Shown here: piece by piece, positions 58,959-64,000 of the stretch
How positions within the stretch are numbered: position 1 is the first letter of the stretch
Layout of the letters: the number at the start of each line of letters is the position of its first letter
Assembly: GCA_963734495.1 (NCBI GenBank)
Contig: CAVTHK010000001.1
Coordinates: 64,001 to 128,000 of the forward strand
DNA from: an uncultured Spirochaetota bacterium
GTDB taxonomy: Bacteria; Spirochaetota; Spirochaetia; SZUA-6; CAVTHK01
DNA length: 64,000 nucleotides
Reading direction: 5' to 3'
The notes under the pieces: model-generated
The model's database searches: none
Seen by the model: only the letters and a program-made list of their open reading frames with translations
What the model was told of the DNA's origin: nothing
Program-made: the position numbers and the translations under genes

Positions 58959-60557
58959 ATGAATCGATGGAGCACGGTCGCGATCGCGCTGTGCGCGCTG
59001 CTGTCGCTGGCGCCCGGCCGCCTGACGGCAAGCAGCCAGGCGGAGAAGGCGCAGGTCGACTCGCAGGACAAGGTGACCATCCCGATGCTCATGATCGTGG
59101 ACGGCAACACGCCCGACGAGAAGAACGTGGTCAAGGCGGCGATCGAGAAGAAGTTCAACGTGGAGCTCAAGCTGGAAAAGAACAGCAGCGACGAGGCTCA
59201 CCTGAGCAAGCTGCGCCTGATGCTCGCCGCGGACCAGCTTCCGGACCTGATCGAGACGTTCCCCGCGGTCGAGGCCAAGCCCGCCGGCCAGAAGGGAATG
59301 CTGGTCGCCCTGAACAAATACTGGAAGGACATGCCCAACTACTACAAGTGGATGCATGCGGACAAGAACACCATCGCGAACATCGCGGCGATGGACGGCA
59401 ACGTGTACGTCGCCCCGCGCTACGACCTGTACCAGCGCGTGCACCGCGTGCCGTGGATGCGCGTCGACATCCTCAAGTCCATGAATCTGCCGATCCCCGA
59501 GACCTTCGATCAGCTCAAGGCCACGCTCAAGGCGGTCAAGGCCGCGCAGCCCGACAACCTCGGCATGGTCAGCGGAAACGGCTACCGCGACATGCCGGTG
59601 TGGGGGTTCTACTTCAATACGAACACGGGCTTCGAAGGCGAGTCCCCCATGATGTACGACCGCTACCAGGAGAGGTTCGTCTTCGGGCCGTTCAACCCGG
59701 GCTACCTGGAGATGGTCGCGTTCTTCAACGGGCTGTGGAAAGACAAGCTCATGGACCCCGACTTCTTCACCACCTCGTCGAAGATGTTCAACGACAAGTC
59801 GGTCAAGGGCAACATGCTGGTGGTCATCAACACGGATGACAGCGCATGGAAGCAGGACCTGAAACACAAGGCCGCGTACCCCAACTCGAAGCTCGACTAC
59901 GAGATCGTGATCCCGTTCAAGTCCAGCTCGCTGCCCGAGCGGGCGGTGTCCGTGCGGCAGAAGGTCAACACGTACTGGAGCTGGGCCGTCTCGGCCAAGG
60001 CCCGCAACCTGCCGCGCATCCTCAAGATCATCGACTGGATGTACTCCGAAGAAGGCAGCATCCTCGCCAACTGCGGCATCGAGGGGGTTCATTTCAACTG
60101 GGTCGAGCAGAACGGCAAGAGGGTCTGGAAGTACGTGCCGACTCTCAACCGCGAGTACAACCCGCAGGGAAAGCTCGACCCGAGGGCGGAGTTCCACCTG
60201 CGCCATCCTCACACCGCGCGCCTGGTCAGGGACTACTGGGACGAGTTCGTGGCCGACAATGACTTTATCGCCGCACACAACGCGACGCTCGCAAAGATGG
60301 CGGCCATGAAGGGCTACATGCGCAACAACGACGACATCGAGCTGTCGTTCACCCAGGCGCAGTACGATCGGATCGCCGAGATCTCGACGACGCTGCAGAC
60401 CTACATCGACGAGAACACGGTCAAGTTCGTCACGGGCGAGAGGCCGCTGGACCAGTACAAGGCGTTCGCGGCCCAGTGCGAAAAGCTCGGCGCCAAGGAG
60501 CTGGAGCAGATCTACGCCGACGCGTACGCGACCTGGAAGAAGCTGCTCGGCAAGTAG
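58959..60557 (+). CDS. Carbohydrate ABC transporter solute-binding protein (LplA-like)
   Basis: RBS AAGGAGG, signal peptide, LMLAADQLPD, GIEGVHF, KFVTGERPL. Confidence 0.9.
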   Translation: MNRWSTVAIALCALLSLAPGRLTASSQAEKAQVDSQDKVTIPMLMIVDGNTPDEKNVVKAAIEKKFNVELKLEKNSSDEAHLSKLRLMLAADQLPDLIETFPAVEAKPAGQKGMLVALNKYWKDMPNYYKWMHADKNTIANIAAMDGNVYVAPRYDLYQRVHRVPWMRVDILKSMNLPIPETFDQLKATLKAVKAAQPDNLGMVSGNGYRDMPVWGFYFNTNTGFEGESPMMYDRYQERFVFGPFNPGYLEMVAFFNGLWKDKLMDPDFFTTSSKMFNDKSVKGNMLVVINTDDSAWKQDLKHKAAYPNSKLDYEIVIPFKSSSLPERAVSVRQKVNTYWSWAVSAKARNLPRILKIIDWMYSEEGSILANCGIEGVHFNWVEQNGKRVWKYVPTLNREYNPQGKLDPRAEFHLRHPHTARLVRDYWDEFVADNDFIAAHNATLAKMAAMKGYMRNNDDIELSFTQAQYDRIAEISTTLQTYIDENTVKFVTGERPLDQYKAFAAQCEKLGAKELEQIYADAYATWKKLLGK

Positions 60558-60579
60558 GGCCCGGCCCTCTCACACGGAT

Positions 60580-60612
60580 CCGCGGGAGCTCCGGCGTCCG
60601 GAGCTCCCGCGG
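60580..60612. other. Perfect 15-bp intercistronic stem-loop after the binding-protein gene
   Basis: CCGCGGGAGCTCCGG - CGT - CCGGAGCTCCCGCGG. Confidence 0.65.
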
Positions 60613-60622
60613 GCATCAGCGA

Positions 60623-62059
60623 ATGGAGCGAATCTGCGTGACGACCTACTACACTGAGCCACAGAGAAAGATCCCCGTCTACAAGAGCGTCGACGTCGTG
60701 GTGGCGGGAGGCGGAGTCTCGGGCTTCTGCGCCGCCATCGCGGCGGCCCGGGCGGGAGCGAAGACGCTGCTGATCGAGCGGGCCGGATGGGTCGGAGGCT
60801 ACCTCGATTCCGGCTGGGGAGCCGGCACGGTCGGCTACGTCTTCAACGATTCCGACGGCAACATCATCATGAAGGGCATCTGCTGGGAGCTGCTCGAGCG
60901 CCTCGCAAAGCTGGGCGCGGCCATGCCGCCGATGAAGAGGAGATTCCTCGTCAACACCTGGCCCTACGAGACGGAGAACCGGGTCTTCCGCCCCCAGATC
61001 CTGCAGGAAGCCGGCAAGGCCGTCGTGCTGGAGATGCTCGAGGAAGCCGGCGCCGATCTGCTCCTGCACACCCTGGTGGCCGACGTCATCCGCGAGGGCA
61101 AGCGGGTGACGGGGCTCGTGATCGAGAACAAGAGCGGCCGCCAGGCCGTCACGGCGAACGTCGTGGTGGACTGCACCGGCGATGCCGACGTCGCCGCCCG
61201 CGCGGGAGCGGCGTTCGACACGGTCCCCGCCGACACCGTCTACCAGGTGTCGCGCGGGTTCGTGCTCGCCAACGTCGACACCGCCGCGATCCGTCGCCGG
61301 ATCGCCGACAACGCGAAAGAGTTCGCCTACGTCATGGAGCCCGTCGACGTGCCCGAGGGGTTCCAGAAGCCGATCTCGGGCATCCGCTGGAAGATCGAGG
61401 ACCTCGAAGTCTCCGACCAAGGCCGCCACCTCAAGGGCGGACCCGGCTCCCACAGCTCGGAGGCGGTCGGGATCCTGCGCGGGATCGCGCACATCGGCGC
61501 GAACGTCGACGGGGTGGACGCCACCGACGCGGCCCAGGTGACCAGAGCAGAGGTGGAAATAAGGAAGAAGGTCTTCGCGCGATGGCGCAAGATGCGCGCC
61601 GAGCGGCCCGAGTTCAAGGAGAGCATCCTGCTGCCGGGATCGCTGGATCTCGGCGTCCGGGAGACCCGCCGCATCAAGGGCGAATACACCCTCACCACGG
61701 CGGACATAGCCGAGGGCAGGAGGTTCGACGACGCGATCGCGCAGACCATGATCGCCCTCGACTGCCACCATCCCAAGGGCAACTGGGAAGAGTGGGCCCC
61801 GCGCAGTCCCTACGACATCCCCTACCGCATCATGCTGCCCAAGGAAACCGACGGCCTGCTCGTCGCGGGCCGCTGCGTTTCCGTGGAGCACCTGGCCCTC
61901 GCCGCGATCAGGAAGATCCCGATCTGCATGGCCCTCGGCCAGGCGGCCGGAGTCGCGGCCGCTGTGGCGTCACGCGCCAAAGTGCAGCCCCGCGCCGCGG
62001 ACATGCGCGCCATCCAGAAGGAGCTCGCCGCCCAGGGCGTGCCCCTCAGGAAGAACTGA
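60623..62059 (+). CDS. FAD-dependent oxidoreductase (PF12831-type)
   Basis: VVVAGGGVSG, VDCTGDAD, GVRETRRIKGEY, YDIPYRIMLPK...LVAGRCVS, CMALGQAAG. Confidence 0.9.
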   Translation: MERICVTTYYTEPQRKIPVYKSVDVVVAGGGVSGFCAAIAAARAGAKTLLIERAGWVGGYLDSGWGAGTVGYVFNDSDGNIIMKGICWELLERLAKLGAAMPPMKRRFLVNTWPYETENRVFRPQILQEAGKAVVLEMLEEAGADLLLHTLVADVIREGKRVTGLVIENKSGRQAVTANVVVDCTGDADVAARAGAAFDTVPADTVYQVSRGFVLANVDTAAIRRRIADNAKEFAYVMEPVDVPEGFQKPISGIRWKIEDLEVSDQGRHLKGGPGSHSSEAVGILRGIAHIGANVDGVDATDAAQVTRAEVEIRKKVFARWRKMRAERPEFKESILLPGSLDLGVRETRRIKGEYTLTTADIAEGRRFDDAIAQTMIALDCHHPKGNWEEWAPRSPYDIPYRIMLPKETDGLLVAGRCVSVEHLALAAIRKIPICMALGQAAGVAAAVASRAKVQPRAADMRAIQKELAAQGVPLRKN

Positions 62060-62060
62060 G

Positions 62061-63056
62061 TCACGCGGGCGGCGCCGCTCCCGGCGCCGCCGGCCCCGCG
62101 CCCTCGGCGCGCAGGCGCCTGCCGAGTGTCTCGAGCATGTCGCGCGTGGTGGCGTCGAGGTCGTACTGCGGGCTCCAGCCCCATTCCACGCGCGCCGCGT
62201 AGTCCTCGAGGCTGTTCGGCCAGGAGTTGGCGAGCGCCTGGCGCACCGGGTCGATCTCGTAGCTGATCTCGAAGTGCGGGATGTAGCGGCGGATGTAGGC
62301 GGCCTGGTCCTCCGGGCAGAAGCTCATTGCCGTGATGTTGAACGCGTTGCGGTGGCGCAGCCTCGCCGGATCCGCCTCCATCAGGTCGATCGCCGCCTTG
62401 ATGGCGTCGGGCATATAGATCATGTCGAGGTAGGTGTCGCCGGAGAGAAAGCACCGGTAGTGGCCCGTGGTCAGGGCCGCGTAGTAGATGTGGACGGCGT
62501 AGTCGGTCGTGCCGCCGCCGGGTGAGGTCACGCTGGATATGATGCCGGGGTAGCGCACCCCGCGCGTGTCCACTCCGAAGCGCTTGTAGTAGTAGTCGCA
62601 GAGCATCTCGCCCGTGACCTTGCTGATGCCGTACATCGAGGTCGGCCTCTGGATCGTCGTCTGCGGGGTGAAGTCCCTGGGCGACTGCGGGCCGAACGCA
62701 GCGATCGAGCTCGGGGTAAAGACCGCGCACCCCGTCTCCCGCGCCACCTCCAGCACCGCGAGCAGGCCGTTGATGTTGACGTCCCAGGCGCGCTGCGGCT
62801 CAGCCTCGGAGGTGGCGGACAGCAGCGCCGCCAGGTGAAAGATCGTGTCGGCGCGATGCGCCCGCACGATCTCCGCGAGCCTCTTGGCGTCCCGGCTGTC
62901 CACGCGGTAGAACGGCCCGCCCTCCACGAGCTCGCCGGAAGCGTCGCCGCGGATGTCCGTGAGCGCCACGTTGTCCGCCCCGCAGCGCGCCCGCAGGGCG
63001 GGGGCGAGCTCCGAGCCGAGCTGCCCGAGGGATCCCGTGATGACGATGCGCTTCAT
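62061..63056 (-). CDS. L-threonine 3-dehydrogenase, SDR/epimerase type (probable)
   Basis: ITGSLGQLG, HLAALLSA, PSSIAAFG, QRPTSMYGISK, RYPGIIS...PGGGTTDYAV, ANSWP. Confidence 0.85.
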   Translation of the reverse strand: MKRIVITGSLGQLGSELAPALRARCGADNVALTDIRGDASGELVEGGPFYRVDSRDAKRLAEIVRAHRADTIFHLAALLSATSEAEPQRAWDVNINGLLAVLEVARETGCAVFTPSSIAAFGPQSPRDFTPQTTIQRPTSMYGISKVTGEMLCDYYYKRFGVDTRGVRYPGIISSVTSPGGGTTDYAVHIYYAALTTGHYRCFLSGDTYLDMIYMPDAIKAAIDLMEADPARLRHRNAFNITAMSFCPEDQAAYIRRYIPHFEISYEIDPVRQALANSWPNSLEDYAARVEWGWSPQYDLDATTRDMLETLGRRLRAEGAGPAAPGAAPPA

Positions 63057-63088
63057 CGCGAAGCCTCGCGCCCGGTGCGCCGGCGCGC

Positions 63089-63145
63089 TTGACCCGGGGA
63101 GCCGGCGTACCGTATAGTGAATGCGTGTTCAGTATAGTGAACACG
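63089..63145 (+). promoter_or_regulatory. Promoter and palindromic operator upstream of the XRE-cupin regulator
   Basis: TTGACC 63089-63094, 18 nt, TATAGT 63113-63118. Inverted repeat CGTGTTCA-GTATAG-TGAACACG 63124-63145. GTATAGTGAA occurs twice. Confidence 0.7.
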
Positions 63146-63183
63146 GCCAGCGCGGTCAATCGACGCCCGCGGACGAGGCGCTC

Positions 63184-63759
63184 ATGAAACCGGTCGAACC
63201 CCCGCCCATCGGAAAAAACATCCAGGCCATCCGCAAGAAACAGGCCCTGACCCTCGACATGCTGTCGGAAAAGAGCGGCGTGTCCAAGGCGATGCTGTCT
63301 CAGATCGAGAGCGGCAAGGTGAACCCGACGGTGGCGACGGTCTGGAAGATCGCCCAGGGCCTCCAGGTCGAGATCAACTCGCTGCTGGAGGGCAGCGGGG
63401 GCCCGCACCGGATCTTTACCGCGACGCCCCACGAGGACATCACGAGCCTCGACACGGACGAGGAGGGGCTGCACATCAAGGTGCTCACCCCCGTCGCGAT
63501 GGTCGAGGACCTGGAGATGTACCTGCTCACGTTCAAGCCCGCGGGGGCTCTCCGCTCCGGGCCCCACTTCCCGCGCACGGAGGAGTTTCTCACCGTGATC
63601 AAGGGCCAGGTGCGCGTGACCGCGGGCGACAACAGCTCGGACCTGCACGAGGGCGACTTCATACGCTACCACTGCGACGTGCCCCACAGCATCGAGAACG
63701 CCGGCCGCGGCGAGGCGCGGATCCACATGGTCGTACGCTTCAACAAGCAGGGGGTCTGA
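63184..63759 (+). CDS. XRE-family HTH regulator with C-terminal cupin domain
   Basis: IRKKQALTLDMLSEKSGVSKAMLSQIESGKVNPTV; cupin PH...EEF...EGD...DVPH. Confidence 0.92.
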   Translation: MKPVEPPPIGKNIQAIRKKQALTLDMLSEKSGVSKAMLSQIESGKVNPTVATVWKIAQGLQVEINSLLEGSGGPHRIFTATPHEDITSLDTDEEGLHIKVLTPVAMVEDLEMYLLTFKPAGALRSGPHFPRTEEFLTVIKGQVRVTAGDNSSDLHEGDFIRYHCDVPHSIENAGRGEARIHMVVRFNKQGV

Positions 63760-63778
63760 CCCCGGCGGAGGAGGCAAC

Positions 63779-64000
63779 GTGGCGACCAGGCCCCTGCTCG
63801 GCGTCGCGTTCGGCGGCGGTGGGGCGCGGGGCATCGCCCACATCGGCGTGGTCAAGGCGATGCGGGCGGGCGGTCTCCTCCCGGCTGTCGTCGCGGGCAC
63901 CTCGGCGGGCTCCATCGCCGCCGCGCTCTACGCCGCGGGCCTTCCGCAGGCCGCCATCGAGCGTGCCGTCGACGGCTTCGACTGGTTCGGGCAGGTCATC
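63779..64000 (+). CDS. Patatin-like phospholipase (3'-partial)
   Basis: RBS GGAGG plus GTG; GGGGARGIAHIGV and GTSAG (GxSxG). Confidence 0.88.
   Translation, partial: MATRPLLGVAFGGGGARGIAHIGVVKAMRAGGLLPAVVAGTSAGSIAAALYAAGLPQAAIERAVDGFDWFGQVI

Noticed and set aside
1..64000. CRISPR array, tRNA/rRNA, integrase, transposase, prophage or defence genes
   Set aside because: I found no regularly spaced repeats, RNA gene signatures or such protein motifs by eye. A covariance-model search was not possible.

Overview
High-GC bacterial chromosomal segment (about 68-70% GC by eye, genetic code 11), probably from a free-living Spirochaetia-type organism. That taxonomy is inferred from the Cys-less 'FAxGxxE' leaders of the solute-binding proteins and a STAS-plus-zinc-ribbon protein. 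The window is dominated by carbohydrate and sugar-acid scavenging: four complete ATPase-less CUT1 ABC clusters, two further binding proteins (one cut by the window edge, one orphan), two sulfatases, GH51-like and GHL6-like hydrolases, two enolase-superfamily enzymes, two PF12831-type FAD oxidoreductases and two membrane-anchored AraC sensors. It also holds a Liv-type and a NitT/TauT-type ABC system, kbl, an SDR-type threonine dehydrogenase, an HtrA protease and an MPG glycosylase. I saw no rRNA, tRNA, CRISPR array, integrase or transposase. Most notable observations: (1) two paralogous uncharacterised TIM-barrel-like proteins (YPWD / HHEKRP / GCFCDNC) with Cys where GH42-like enzymes carry the catalytic Glu; (2) a mosaic region at about 43.4-53.6 kb with several deletion scars; (3) an in-frame TGA in an M20 amidohydrolase; (4) a strong stem-loop after every CUT1 binding-protein gene; (5) palindromic operators and candidate leaderless promoters. 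Clustered single-base indels at 0.3-1.9 kb and 48.8-50.4 kb look like long-read consensus errors. All family calls come from motif recognition by eye, not database searches.
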